From assembly GCA_947646095.1 (NCBI GenBank), contig CANSFI010000002.1:5132-69131 (forward strand): a stretch of DNA of 64,000 nucleotides, given 5' to 3'. A program made the translations under genes and the position numbers. The stretch comes from an uncultured Mycoplasmatota bacterium. GTDB lineage: Bacteria > Bacillota_I > Bacilli_A > RF39 > UBA660. The notes under the pieces were generated by a model. That model worked only from the letters and a program-made list of their open reading frames with translations. It was not told where the DNA came from and ran no database searches. Positions 17,145-27,234 of the stretch are shown here, in pieces (the stretch's first letter is position 1; every line of letters begins with the position of its first letter).

Positions 17145-19136
17145 ATGAAGAATATGACAAACTCATCAGGTGTTACTAATAGTTATGAGGACAAAAGTTA
17201 TGGTTGGGGTTTAGGTATCTATTGGTTGTACGACTTCGATAATCTAAAAGACCCATTTTGTAGTTTAGATACACCTGACCACTTTACTACTTCAACAAGT
17301 GGACCTAATAAAGAAGATTGTTGCCAATATGTTATAGATCATCAAAGTGAATATAATATAACAAAAGCTGAATTATTTAGTAGATACCCTAGATGCCGTG
17401 CATTATTACTTGAAAAAGAATGTAATTTTAACTTAACTACCATTTATCCATCATGTAAAGAAAATGCATATGGAAAAATAAGTGATATTGATAATTGGGA
17501 TTGTATATATGCTAGTGCATATTCAACTGATTCTTCTATCAAAAACTATTTCTTAAAATATGGTTCTATTAATAGTAAATGTTCTGTATATTGCCGAGAT
17601 GAAATAGAATATATTTATCCAGGAAATGGAATGATTACTTTAGCTGGTAATTTCTTTACTATTGCTGGTAATACAAATTCTTATACAATTTATACTGATG
17701 ATGTAACAAAAACAACTAAAGTTAAAGCAGCTACACTCGGACCAGTTAAAACTACTATTAAAAGAGAATGTTCTATACTAGGTGAAAATGATAGTACTTG
17801 TAGTGCTAAATTAGATGAACAATTAAATAACTTAAAGGCACCAGAAATCGAATTTGCCTATGAATCAAAATATTATAATAACCCTGTGGAAAACTTAAGA
17901 GTTAGTAAAACTACCACTTCTACAAATAATAGTAATGGTATTAAATCTAAAACAATAACTTATGAGTATGCTCTACCTAAAAATACTTATCAATATATAT
18001 CTAAAGGTAATGGAGCTTCTTATAAGAAAACTTCAGCTATAGGTAATTATCCATATATTAAAATCGGACCTCACTTACCTATTCATTTTTCAGAAAAAAG
18101 TTCTAATGATTATCAATTAACTATTAAAAAATTTAATATTCCTAATTTTGATTCATTAATATTAAAAGGAAAAACAATGTCTACTACTTTTGTTTCAAGT
18201 ATTGAAAGTTATATTCAAACATTAATAAATAATGGTAGTGCTAATCCTAGACTTATTAATGGAAGATATTATTTAGATCAAACATTTGTAAAATTATTAA
18301 ATAAAAATAATTATACTGTTGATGAGTTCTTGTCAAGGAACTGTGCTAATACAAATACTTATTCTTGTGATAGTGATGGTAATGGTATATATTGCTTAGA
18401 TAAAAACAAAAATACAAACAGTGAACAAACTTATAAAAACTTTAATGCTTGTATTAAAAAAGAAGTTCAAAAAGATACTTCTGATAAAAAAAGCTATAAA
18501 AATGATATGTTATATTCTTGTGAATTCCAAGTAAAAAACACTATAACACCTTCAGAAAATGATCCATATAAATGTAAATATATAGATGGCAAATATTATG
18601 GAAAAAATGGAAATGTAGTATCAAAAAATACATATAATAAAGAATGTAACACACCTGACAAACCTAATAATCCTGATGATTGTGATCCTGAAGTAGAATG
18701 TTGCGATCCAGAATGTCCAAATCCAATTAATCCAAATGGTATTAATGTTATATTTAGACCAATTTCTTTAGATAATCCATTCCCAAGTATTGATGGAGAT
18801 GGTAGAAATACAGGAACTAATTGGTGTTATAATTTCGATTGTAATAATAAAAATGAAATTGTATCAAGAGTTATTACTAATAATCGTGATGTGGAAACTG
18901 AAAAAGTATACAAAGATTTAGATCCACTTTATACTATTACTTTAACACCTGCCACTATTAAAGAAATAAGAAAATATAATAAAAAGAATAATTATGATGA
19001 TTTTAATTTAAAATGTACTGATGGCTATAATTGTCTTAGTAACTTTATTAGAAATGATTTCAAAAAATACTTTAAAGGTTGTGGAATTAAAGGTTTAGAT
19101 AATGGTTTAAATTGTGTTAAATCTGATAAATGGTGA
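17145..19136 (+). CDS. C-terminal portion of paralog B (same frame as 16374..17105, separated by a single TAA)
   Basis: Collinear with paralog A residues ~280-957. Blocks are near-identical at DNA level (e.g. GATGATGTAACAAAAACAACTAAAGTTAAAGC, AATGTTATATTTAGACCAAT). Confidence 0.55.
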   Translation: MKNMTNSSGVTNSYEDKSYGWGLGIYWLYDFDNLKDPFCSLDTPDHFTTSTSGPNKEDCCQYVIDHQSEYNITKAELFSRYPRCRALLLEKECNFNLTTIYPSCKENAYGKISDIDNWDCIYASAYSTDSSIKNYFLKYGSINSKCSVYCRDEIEYIYPGNGMITLAGNFFTIAGNTNSYTIYTDDVTKTTKVKAATLGPVKTTIKRECSILGENDSTCSAKLDEQLNNLKAPEIEFAYESKYYNNPVENLRVSKTTTSTNNSNGIKSKTITYEYALPKNTYQYISKGNGASYKKTSAIGNYPYIKIGPHLPIHFSEKSSNDYQLTIKKFNIPNFDSLILKGKTMSTTFVSSIESYIQTLINNGSANPRLINGRYYLDQTFVKLLNKNNYTVDEFLSRNCANTNTYSCDSDGNGIYCLDKNKNTNSEQTYKNFNACIKKEVQKDTSDKKSYKNDMLYSCEFQVKNTITPSENDPYKCKYIDGKYYGKNGNVVSKNTYNKECNTPDKPNNPDDCDPEVECCDPECPNPINPNGINVIFRPISLDNPFPSIDGDGRNTGTNWCYNFDCNNKNEIVSRVITNNRDVETEKVYKDLDPLYTITLTPATIKEIRKYNKKNNYDDFNLKCTDGYNCLSNFIRNDFKKYFKGCGIKGLDNGLNCVKSDKW

Positions 19137-19337
19137 TTATTCACCTTTTTTTCTAAGAAGAAAATATATGGTAAAATTAAGTATAAGTAAGAATTCATTG
19201 AAATATTTAGAAAAGTTTAGTCTTAAATCAGGACCATATCTAAAGAAATACAAAATAAATTATCAAATCAAAAAATTAAAACCAATAATACTATTTATAA
19301 TTCCATGACAAAGAAAATATTAATAGTTTTTCAAAAT

Positions 19338-19367
19338 AAAAATGACAAATTTAATGTCATTTTTTTA
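19338..19367. terminator. hairpin plus T-run
   Basis: AAAATGACA-aatttaa-TGTCATTTTTTT overlaps the stop of the minus-strand histidine kinase gene. It is usable on either strand. Confidence 0.4.
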
Positions 19368-20625
19368 TTATAAAACTAACACCTTTTTTTTCATTATTAA
19401 CAATAATTTCATAATCAAATAAAGATATAGTTTTTTTAACAATTGATAATCCTAAACCAAATTGTCCTTTTATGCCTTTTTTATATGGAGTAAAAATATC
19501 ATTTAAAATATTAGGGTCAATATTTGGACCATCATTATAGAAAATTATTTTCCCATTTTTTATTGTTATTTTAATAATTTTATCAGCATATCTTATAAAA
19601 TTGTTTAGAAGATTATCAATAATAGCCTCCCACATATCAGTTGTTCCTTTAAATTCTGTATCTTTATCTTCAATATGAATTTCCCATTTAATATTAGGGT
19701 TGGCTAATTTAAATTTTTGAGTAGATATTCCTATTATTTTAGAAACATCTACTTTTTCTTTTTTATAATTTTTTAAATCTTTTATATAATTTAATTTGTT
19801 CAAATATAGTAAGGAGTGTACTTTTAATTCTAATTTGTTTACTTGTTCTTTTATAACTGACATACCTGAGTTTATATCTTCTACTCCATCTTCTATAGCT
19901 TCAATATAAGATTTTATAACTGTTATAGGCGTTTTAAAATCATGTGAAATATTTTGATACATTTGGTTCTTATATTCATCTTGTTCTTTTAAAGCATTTT
20001 TCATATTATCAATAGAAACAGATAAAGATTTTAACTCATCATCAGTATTATATTTATATTTATCAATATAGTTATCATTATCTAAATTATCTATTTTTCC
20101 TTTCAAATGTTCTATTTTTTTTATTAAACTTCTTGACCATAGTAGGATTAGTCCAAGAACTAAAAGGAGTGTAAACATAAGAACTGGAAAAATAGTATAT
20201 AAGATATCCGTTTTTATTTTTTTAATATAGTTATCATTTGTAAGGGCTATTTTTGTTACATATGGGTCTACATCAGTATAATAATAGTATACATTACCTA
20301 AATAAATAAATTTACCTTGATTTTTATTAATTCTTTTTAATATTTTGTCAGGATTTAATTTGATTATTTTATTTAGATTAGTTGAAGAAATAACTATTTT
20401 ATCGGTTGTGACATAAAGATATGCGACATCAGAATTAAATTCAGCTTTTTCTACATTAGAATTAATTAAATCTAGTGGTTGTTTTAATAAAGCATATATA
20501 TTTTTTTCATATATTGGAAGTAATACTTTAGGAAGTAATACTCCTAATACACTAGTAATGATTATAAATATAATTATTACAATAACTATGAGTTGTTTAG
20601 ATAAATTTTGTTTACATTCTATCAT
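19357..20625 (-). CDS. two-component sensor histidine kinase
   Basis: Two TM segments. H-box SHDFKTPITVIKSYIEAIEDG. HATPase_c motifs (NDGPNIDP, GLGLSIVK). Confidence 0.85.
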   Translation of the reverse strand: MIECKQNLSKQLIVIVIIIFIIITSVLGVLLPKVLLPIYEKNIYALLKQPLDLINSNVEKAEFNSDVAYLYVTTDKIVISSTNLNKIIKLNPDKILKRINKNQGKFIYLGNVYYYYTDVDPYVTKIALTNDNYIKKIKTDILYTIFPVLMFTLLLVLGLILLWSRSLIKKIEHLKGKIDNLDNDNYIDKYKYNTDDELKSLSVSIDNMKNALKEQDEYKNQMYQNISHDFKTPITVIKSYIEAIEDGVEDINSGMSVIKEQVNKLELKVHSLLYLNKLNYIKDLKNYKKEKVDVSKIIGISTQKFKLANPNIKWEIHIEDKDTEFKGTTDMWEAIIDNLLNNFIRYADKIIKITIKNGKIIFYNDGPNIDPNILNDIFTPYKKGIKGQFGLGLSIVKKTISLFDYEIIVNNEKKGVSFIIKK

Positions 20626-21278
20626 GTAAGACGATATCCATATCCATATATTGTATTTATATTTAAATTTGGAAGTTTTTTACGAATCCGTCTTACTAAA
20701 TCATCTACAACTCTATCACTACCAAAATAATCATCTCCCCAAATATTTTTTAGGATTTCTTCACGACTAAACGATTTATTTTTATTACTTAAAAACATTA
20801 CTAATAAGTCAAATTCTAAAGTAGTTAAATTAATTTCTTTATTTTTAGCTAACACTATTCTTTTAGTTAAATCAATATCATATTTTTCATAATGAATAAA
20901 ACTTAAATCACTATTATAAACTCTTTTAATAATACGATTTACTCTAAGAACTAATTCTTTAGGTGAATAAGGTTTAGTAATATAATCATCACTTCCTAAT
21001 TCTAAACCTATTATTTTATCTAAATCTTGATCTCTAGCAGATGTAAATATTACTGGTACTTCATTTTCTTTTTCACGAATTTTTTTAATAATATCATATC
21101 CACTAATACTATCACCTAACATTATATCTAATATCCATAAATGTACAGCTTCTCCTATATAATCATACGCATCTTCGCCTGTATAAAAGCTTATAACTTC
21201 ATACCCTTCTCTTTCCAAATAGGATTTAATTAAGCTGTTTAAATTTTTTTCATCTTCAACTAAACAAATTCTGTACAT
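20622..21278 (-). CDS. OmpR/PhoB-family response regulator
   Basis: Receiver domain (LVEDE...D) plus a winged-helix C-terminus (LTTLEFDLLVMFLSN...YGYGYRL). Overlaps the kinase gene by 4 nt. Confidence 0.85.
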   Translation of the reverse strand: MYRICLVEDEKNLNSLIKSYLEREGYEVISFYTGEDAYDYIGEAVHLWILDIMLGDSISGYDIIKKIREKENEVPVIFTSARDQDLDKIIGLELGSDDYITKPYSPKELVLRVNRIIKRVYNSDLSFIHYEKYDIDLTKRIVLAKNKEINLTTLEFDLLVMFLSNKNKSFSREEILKNIWGDDYFGSDRVVDDLVRRIRKKLPNLNINTIYGYGYRLT

Positions 21279-21489
21279 TATTACACCTCGTTAATTATTA
21301 TAACACTTTTTTATTTTTGTTACTATCACCTTATTTCAATAAAATTTTTTAGGAGTGTATTTTATATAATTTGTTTTTTTACTTTATTTGAGATTTTTTA
21401 ACTATAATTATCACCTCCAGTGACTTAAGTATACGATAAAATTATGTAGGCACTATGTTTTAATTGTGGAAAATTATGGAATCAAAAAA

Positions 21490-21526
21490 TATCTAAATAA
21501 ATATTATCTATTTAGATATTTGAAAT
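21490..21526 (-). terminator. intrinsic terminator downstream of the MBL-fold gene
   Basis: Minus strand has ATATCTAAATAGATAATATTTATTTAGATAT hairpin followed by TTTTT. Confidence 0.5.
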
Positions 21527-21575
21527 ACTATATCGAATATTTTATTATTTATTATGATTATTATCAACCAATCAT

Positions 21576-22097
21576 TTATGTGTTTAAATAATAATTATTA
21601 ATTTTTTCATAGCCTAAAGTAGTACTACTTCCATGTCCTGAATATAAAATAATATCGTTAGGATAATCTTTTATCATATCTAAACTATCCATCATATCTA
21701 TATCATTTCCTGTATCTAAATCTGTTCTACCAATACTTTCTTTAAAAATAAAATCACCTACAAACATTATCTTTTCTTTTTCAAAATAAAAAGTAATAGA
21801 ATCACTAGTATGTCCTATAGTTTTTATTAATCTAAATTTAAAATTTTTTATTTCAATATTATTATTACTGCTATAATCAAATATAGGAACTCTATAATGT
21901 TTTTTTAATTCTTCTAATGCCCCAATATGATCAAAATGATAATGAGTTATTAAAATACCAACTAAATTTAAATTACCAATTTCTTTTTTTATTATTTCAA
22001 AATCACTAGCAGGATCTACAATTAAACAATTTTTATTTTTTTCTATTAAATAACAATTAGTTTGAAGTGGACCTAAAATTAATGTTTTTATTTTCAT
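21576..22097 (-). CDS. MBL-fold metallo-hydrolase
   Basis: HYHFDHIG motif. Confidence 0.7.
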   Translation of the reverse strand: MKIKTLILGPLQTNCYLIEKNKNCLIVDPASDFEIIKKEIGNLNLVGILITHYHFDHIGALEELKKHYRVPIFDYSSNNNIEIKNFKFRLIKTIGHTSDSITFYFEKEKIMFVGDFIFKESIGRTDLDTGNDIDMMDSLDMIKDYPNDIILYSGHGSSTTLGYEKINNYYLNT

Positions 22098-22387
22098 TTA
22101 TGATTCCACTGTGTAAATTTTTTAAAAGATTCTAATTTACTTAACTTATTTTCTTGAATATCTTTATTAATTTTTGGTTCTTCTATTTTAGATCGATTCA
22201 TTAAGTGCATATCTTCTTTTACTTGTTCGATTGTTTTTCTTCCTAATTTATTAGGATCATTTGGTATTGGTCTAACTAGTCTAGTTGGTTCATTATTTAT
22301 AAATTTGTTTTTATTAAAAAATAAATCACTCATGAGATACCTCCAATATTTCTTTAACTGGTCCATATGTTTTTCTATAACCATCAA
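22094..22387 (-). CDS. hypothetical small protein (start probably at an internal Met)
   Basis: ORF only. It overlaps the rnhB 3' end if the longest start is used. Confidence 0.3.
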   Translation of the reverse strand: MMVIEKHMDQLKKYWRYLMSDLFFNKNKFINNEPTRLVRPIPNDPNKLGRKTIEQVKEDMHLMNRSKIEEPKINKDIQENKLSKLESFKKFTQWNHK

Positions 22388-22964
22388 TTAAGCCATGTTT
22401 TTTTATCATTTCTAAATGTAATTTAGTAGGATAGCCTTTATGTTTAGCATAACCATATTCAGGATATTTTTTATCTAATTCATACATCATTCGATCTCTT
22501 GTTACTTTAGCTACTACACTAGAGGCAGCTATACTTATACTTTTAGCATCTCCTTTTATAATAGAAGTTGTTTCAATATCTAAATCTAGTGGCATAGCAT
22601 CTATTAAAACATGTTCTAAAGGTATTTCTTTTCTTACTTCCTCTATAGCCTTTAACATAGCTAACTTAGATGCCTGATAAATATTTACTTCATCAATCTT
22701 TTCTGGTCCTATTATTCCAATTCCATAAGCAATACAGTTTTTTACAATATAATCATAAAATAAATCTCTTTTCTTTTCACTTAATTTTTTGGAATCAGTA
22801 AGTCCTTCTAATTTAAAATCTTTAGGTAATACCACACAAGCAGCAACTACTGGTCCTATTAAAGGTCCACGCCCTACTTCATCAACACCACCTATATAAT
22901 TTATATTCTTTGAATATAATTCATTTTCATACTTATATAAATCCATTTTATCACTATCTTTCAA
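22326..22964 (-). CDS. rnhB: ribonuclease HII
   Basis: GVDEVGRGPLIGPVVAACVVL motif. Confidence 0.85.
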   Translation of the reverse strand: MKDSDKMDLYKYENELYSKNINYIGGVDEVGRGPLIGPVVAACVVLPKDFKLEGLTDSKKLSEKKRDLFYDYIVKNCIAYGIGIIGPEKIDEVNIYQASKLAMLKAIEEVRKEIPLEHVLIDAMPLDLDIETTSIIKGDAKSISIAASSVVAKVTRDRMMYELDKKYPEYGYAKHKGYPTKLHLEMIKKHGLIDGYRKTYGPVKEILEVSHE

Positions 22965-23049
22965 ATATATTTTATCATATTTTAAAATTAAAAGAAACTA
23001 ATACGAAAACATATTGCTATATGTTGTAAAATATTTTCTAACATATAGC

Positions 23050-23078
23050 TTGACATTTTTATATAGCTATTATATAAT
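23050..23078 (+). promoter_or_regulatory. perfect consensus sigma-A promoter
   Basis: TTGACA, 17 nt spacer, TATAAT. A 10-bp inverted repeat GCTATATGTT/AACATATAGC lies just upstream (23006-23049). Confidence 0.55.
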
Positions 23079-23095
23079 GATGATGAGGTGATAAG

Positions 23096-23692
23096 ATGAA
23101 TCCTTTAGCACACAATATCAAAAAATTATTAGTTCCTAAAGATGAATTAAATAAAAAACAAGTTGCTCTATTTTTGACTCCTACTAAAATAGAAGAACTT
23201 GATAAGGCTGTTAAAACATTATCAAATTATTCAAATGGTAAAGTAAATAGAAATATTTTAATTGAACTTGCGATAGATAATCTACTTGATAGTATTCCAG
23301 AAGCTATTGAAGAATATGAAAAAGAAAATAAAGAAGATGAAGTTCCATATGATTCTGTTATATGTCCCGCTAAAGATGGAGGGCAAGATTTCTTAATTCA
23401 TAATAAAAGATGGGAATTTGTTAAATTAGATGCTGAAAAAATCAAATATTTAAAGCATTTAGTATTATATGTTGGCATTCCATACTCTTCTATTATGTAC
23501 TATGCTGATATTAAAGAATTTAAACCAGTTATAATTGATAATCAAAAAAAATATCAAATATATGTTGAAAATATTAAGGAAATTAATCCTAGTATTCCTT
23601 TAGGAGATATAAGCGCTGTATATACAAGAAGTCCAAAATATACTAAGTTAAATAAAGTTTTATCAGCTAAATCTTATTCAGATATTCTTTAA
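23096..23692 (+). CDS. hypothetical protein
   Basis: ORF with RBS GAGGTGA. No family recognised. Confidence 0.5.
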   Translation: MNPLAHNIKKLLVPKDELNKKQVALFLTPTKIEELDKAVKTLSNYSNGKVNRNILIELAIDNLLDSIPEAIEEYEKENKEDEVPYDSVICPAKDGGQDFLIHNKRWEFVKLDAEKIKYLKHLVLYVGIPYSSIMYYADIKEFKPVIIDNQKKYQIYVENIKEINPSIPLGDISAVYTRSPKYTKLNKVLSAKSYSDIL

Positions 23693-23756
23693 TCTTCTTA
23701 TTTAAGATTATTAATAATAGTAGTTTTAAATAAGAAGATATATAGAAAGGAGTAAG

Positions 23757-23828
23757 ATGGAATCAGTATTACTTTCAATTATTGTAATTATAATCTTAGT
23801 TGATGCTTTAAAAAATAAAAAATATTAA
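23757..23828 (+). CDS. candidate 23-aa hydrophobic micro-protein
   Basis: GAAAGGAGTAAG then ATG. Translation is MESVLLSIIVIIILVDALKNKKY. It is followed by the terminator at 23885. Confidence 0.3.
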   Translation: MESVLLSIIVIIILVDALKNKKY

Positions 23829-23884
23829 AAAAAGAATTACTTAAATAAGTAATTCAAGATACGATATTAAATTATATCTTCTTA

Positions 23885-23912
23885 GCATGCAAAACCACTT
23901 GCATGCATTTTT
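23885..23912 (+). terminator. intrinsic terminator
   Basis: GCATGCA-aaaccact-TGCATGC followed by ATTTTT. Confidence 0.6.
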
Positions 23913-24074
23913 AATATACTAAAAATTATTAAATTTGTCAATTTTAAATATATGTAATTATTTAATTAAGTGATATATGTTATACATACAATTAACAGTT
24001 TATGAAAGAAATTAATTTAAAGTAAAATGATAATTATAAAAAATTTCATGGAACTGAAGAAGAAACTAATAAAA

Positions 24075-24120
24075 AAACGCTTAATAATTCTTCTAAAATT
24101 GATAGGCGTTTTTCAAAAAG
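24075..24120. terminator. bidirectional terminator downstream of leuS
   Basis: AAACGCTTAATAATTCTTCTAAAATTGATAGGCGTTTTT hairpin with T/A runs on both sides. Confidence 0.45.
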
Positions 24121-24237
24121 ATAAAACTTAGAGACAATGTTTAACAAGTAAAAGTTATACATATCTCTTTTTTTATTATATGGAATATTTCCACCTATAT
24201 ACATTTTATCATAATTTTATAATGTTTGTAAATACAG

Positions 24238-26634
24238 TTATTTTACAACAATATTAACTAATTTTTTAGGAACTACTATTACTTTTAATATTTCTTTTCC
24301 TTCAATATTTTTGATGACATTTTCGTGTTTTTTAGCTAGACTTTCCATTTGTTCATTACTAGTATCAGTAAATACTTCTATTTTTCCACGCACTTTACCA
24401 TTTACTTGTACAATCATTGTATATGTTTCGCTAACTATTTTAGTTTCATCATAAGTTGGCCAAGATTCATAAGCAATAGTATTATTATTACCTAGTTTGT
24501 TCCATAATTCTTCTGTTATATAAGGGGCGATTGGATTTAAAAGTTTTAAGAAATTTAAAGCATATTCTTCAGGAAAAACATTTTCTTTATATACAGAATT
24601 AATAAATACCATCATCTGACTAATAGCTGTATTAAAGTTTAATGATTCATAATCTTCAGTTACTTTTTTAACAGTTTGATTATATATTTTATCTAGATTA
24701 GTATTATTTTCATCTTTAATCTTATTTTCTTCTATATATAATCTATAAACTCTATCTAAGAATCTTCTAGCCCCTTCAACACCTTTTTTACTCCAAGGTT
24801 TATCAGCTTCTATTGGACCCATAAACATTTCATAAAGTCTTAATGTATCAGCTCCATAACACTCAACTATATCATTAGGATTAACAGCAAATTCTGGATA
24901 TCTTTTACCCATTTTGATACCATTTTCACCTAATATCATACCTTGATGTACTAGTTTTTTAAATGGTTCTTTTACTGATACTATTCCTTTATCATAAAGG
25001 TAATTATTCCACATTCTAGAATATAATAAATGTCCAACAGCATGTTCTGGACCACCAACATATAAATCAACTGGCATCCAATGTTCTAGTAGTTTTTTAT
25101 CAGCTATTTCATTATCATTATATGGATCAATATATCTTAAGAAATACCAACTAGAACCAGCTGAACCAGGCATTGTACTAGTTTCTCTTTTAGCTTTTTT
25201 ACCATCAATAGTTACATTTACCCAATTATCTGCTTTATCTAAAGGAGAGGCTCCTGTTTTACTTGGACTATAATCTTCTAGTTCTGGTAAAACTAATGGA
25301 AGGTCTTCGTCTTTTAAAGAAACACTTGTTCCATCTTCAAAGTGAACAATGGGGATTGGTTCTCCCCAATATCTTTGACGAGCAAATATCCAATCACGTA
25401 AACGATAATTGATTTGTTTATTTCCCAGTTTATTTATCTCTAACCAATCAATCATTTTATTAATAGCATCTTCTTTATTTAAACCATTTAAGAATTCTGA
25501 ATTAATATGAAGTCCATCTCCTATATAGGCTTCATGAGATATATCTCCACCTTCAATAACTTGAATAATATCAATACCAAATTTTTTGGCAAATTCATAA
25601 TCTCTTTCATCATGAGCTGGAACAGCCATAATAGCTCCTGTTCCATATGAAGCTAAAACATAATCTGATATCCAAATAGGAATCTCTTTATTATTAACAG
25701 GATTTATAGCATAAGCTCCTGTAAATACCCCTGTTTTATCTTTATTAAGTTCAGTTCTTTCCATCTCTGATTTAGTGGCACACATATTTTTATAGTTTTT
25801 AATTTCTTCTTTTTTTTCTTCTATTGTGATTAGATCTACTAATTCATGTTCTGGTGCTAGTACACAATAAGTTGCTCCAAATAAAGTATCACACCTAGTT
25901 GTAAATACTGTAAAACTTTTATCAGTATCTTTTACTTTAAAATTAACATGAGCTCCTATGCTTTTTCCTATCCAATTTCTTTGCATTTCTTTAGTAGATT
26001 CTGGCCAATCAACTTCATTTAAGCCATCTAATAGTTTTTCTGCATATTTAGGTATATCGATAACCCATTGCTTCATGTTTTTACGAACAACAGGATATCC
26101 ACCTCTTTCACTCTTACCATCAATTATTTCATCGTTAGCAAGTACTGTTCCAAGTTCCTCACACCAATTAACTGGCATATCGATATATTTAGCTAAACCA
26201 TCTTCATATAGTTTTTTAAAAATCCATTGTGTCCATTTATAATAATTTGGATCACATGTAGATACTTGTCTATTCCAATCGTAAGAAAGTCCAAGTAATT
26301 TTAATTGTTCTGTAAATGTTTTTATATTAGCTTTTGTAAAACCATCTGGATGATTCCCTGTACTAATAGCATATTGTTCAGCAGGTAAGCCAAATGAATC
26401 AAATCCCATTGGATGTAAAACATTATATCCCTGCATTCTTTTCATTCTAGAAACAATATCAGTTGCAGTATAACCCTCTGGGTGTCCTGCATGTAAACCT
26501 ACTCCTGATGGATAGGGAAACATGTCTAAAGCATAAAATTTAGGTTTAGAAAAATCCCATACATCAGTTTTAAATGTTTGATTCTTTTCCCAATATTCTC
26601 TCCATTTTTTTTCTATTTCTAAATGATTAAACAT
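24238..26634 (-). CDS. leuS: leucyl-tRNA synthetase
   Basis: HAGHPEGY (HIGH) and KMGKR (KMSKS) motifs. 798 aa. Confidence 0.95.
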   Translation of the reverse strand: MFNHLEIEKKWREYWEKNQTFKTDVWDFSKPKFYALDMFPYPSGVGLHAGHPEGYTATDIVSRMKRMQGYNVLHPMGFDSFGLPAEQYAISTGNHPDGFTKANIKTFTEQLKLLGLSYDWNRQVSTCDPNYYKWTQWIFKKLYEDGLAKYIDMPVNWCEELGTVLANDEIIDGKSERGGYPVVRKNMKQWVIDIPKYAEKLLDGLNEVDWPESTKEMQRNWIGKSIGAHVNFKVKDTDKSFTVFTTRCDTLFGATYCVLAPEHELVDLITIEEKKEEIKNYKNMCATKSEMERTELNKDKTGVFTGAYAINPVNNKEIPIWISDYVLASYGTGAIMAVPAHDERDYEFAKKFGIDIIQVIEGGDISHEAYIGDGLHINSEFLNGLNKEDAINKMIDWLEINKLGNKQINYRLRDWIFARQRYWGEPIPIVHFEDGTSVSLKDEDLPLVLPELEDYSPSKTGASPLDKADNWVNVTIDGKKAKRETSTMPGSAGSSWYFLRYIDPYNDNEIADKKLLEHWMPVDLYVGGPEHAVGHLLYSRMWNNYLYDKGIVSVKEPFKKLVHQGMILGENGIKMGKRYPEFAVNPNDIVECYGADTLRLYEMFMGPIEADKPWSKKGVEGARRFLDRVYRLYIEENKIKDENNTNLDKIYNQTVKKVTEDYESLNFNTAISQMMVFINSVYKENVFPEEYALNFLKLLNPIAPYITEELWNKLGNNNTIAYESWPTYDETKIVSETYTMIVQVNGKVRGKIEVFTDTSNEQMESLAKKHENVIKNIEGKEILKVIVVPKKLVNIVVK

Positions 26635-26977
26635 TTTTATCTTCCTTCCTCTTCAAATTAACTCCTATTATATGATAACTAATTATAATAAGTGGCATTA
26701 ATATAATAAAAGCTATCATAAGTTTTAAAATATAATTATCAACTATAAATACTGTTAGAATAGTAATACTAACTATAAATGAATTAGTTAAAGCTATTGT
26801 ATGAGCTAAAGCTTTTTTATTTATTTTTTTTAAAGATAATTTATATCTTTTTTTTAAATATGTAATCTCTACTCCTTCAAAAAACTTATCTAATTTTCCT
26901 TTTCTATTAATAACTGTTATTAAATAAAATAAATATAAGAGAATAAAAACTCCTAGACTAAATAAAACTTTATCCAT
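26627..26977 (-). CDS. small polytopic membrane protein co-transcribed with leuS
   Basis: RBS AGGAGG then ATG. Three hydrophobic segments. Overlaps leuS start by 8 nt. Confidence 0.5.
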   Translation of the reverse strand: MDKVLFSLGVFILLYLFYLITVINRKGKLDKFFEGVEITYLKKRYKLSLKKINKKALAHTIALTNSFIVSITILTVFIVDNYILKLMIAFIILMPLIIISYHIIGVNLKRKEDKNV

Positions 26978-27200
26978 AATTACCTCCTAAAAAACAAAAA
27001 AGCATTAGAATTAAGGACGAGTAAACCCGTGGTACCACCTTATTTCATAATACTTTATGCACTTAATGTTTTAACGCTTCCAGCGGATCAAAACTCCAAA
27101 GTAAGTTCACAAGTCTTTAATAAATGTTTTCACCAGCCACATTTTCTCTAAATATTAAAGATATTATTACTACTCTTTTTCACAGTTTTTTAACAATTAT
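26978..27200 (-). promoter_or_regulatory. T-box leader upstream of the small ORF and leuS
   Basis: Minus strand has AGAGA box, candidate Leu specifier (CTTA), F-box variant GCGTTA, T-box AAGGTGGTACCACGGG, then TTTTTT. No clean terminator helix resolved by eye. Confidence 0.55.
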
Positions 27201-27205
27201 TTACT

Positions 27206-27234
27206 ATTATATTACACTTGATTAATATATTCAA
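27206..27234 (-). promoter_or_regulatory. sigma-A promoter of the leuS T-box leader
   Basis: Minus strand reads TTGAAT, 17 nt spacer, TATAAT, directly after the stop of the upstream GH31 gene. Confidence 0.45.

Noticed and set aside
19114-19308. 64-aa ORF after the giant paralog
   Set aside because: It overlaps the 3' end of 17145..19136, has a K-rich low-complexity product and no RBS.
25958-26242. Antisense ORFs inside leuS. The same pattern occurs inside lepA (37207..37587, 37744..37956), valS (39856..40119), lon (43924..44133, 45646..45912) and others
   Set aside because: They are embedded antisense in well-supported conserved genes.
26990-27050. Attempt to draw a canonical terminator helix for the leuS and valS T-box leaders
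   Set aside because: The T-box motif and U-run are clear, but I could not identify an unambiguous GC-rich terminator stem by eye. I therefore report these leaders at moderate confidence rather than asserting the structure.
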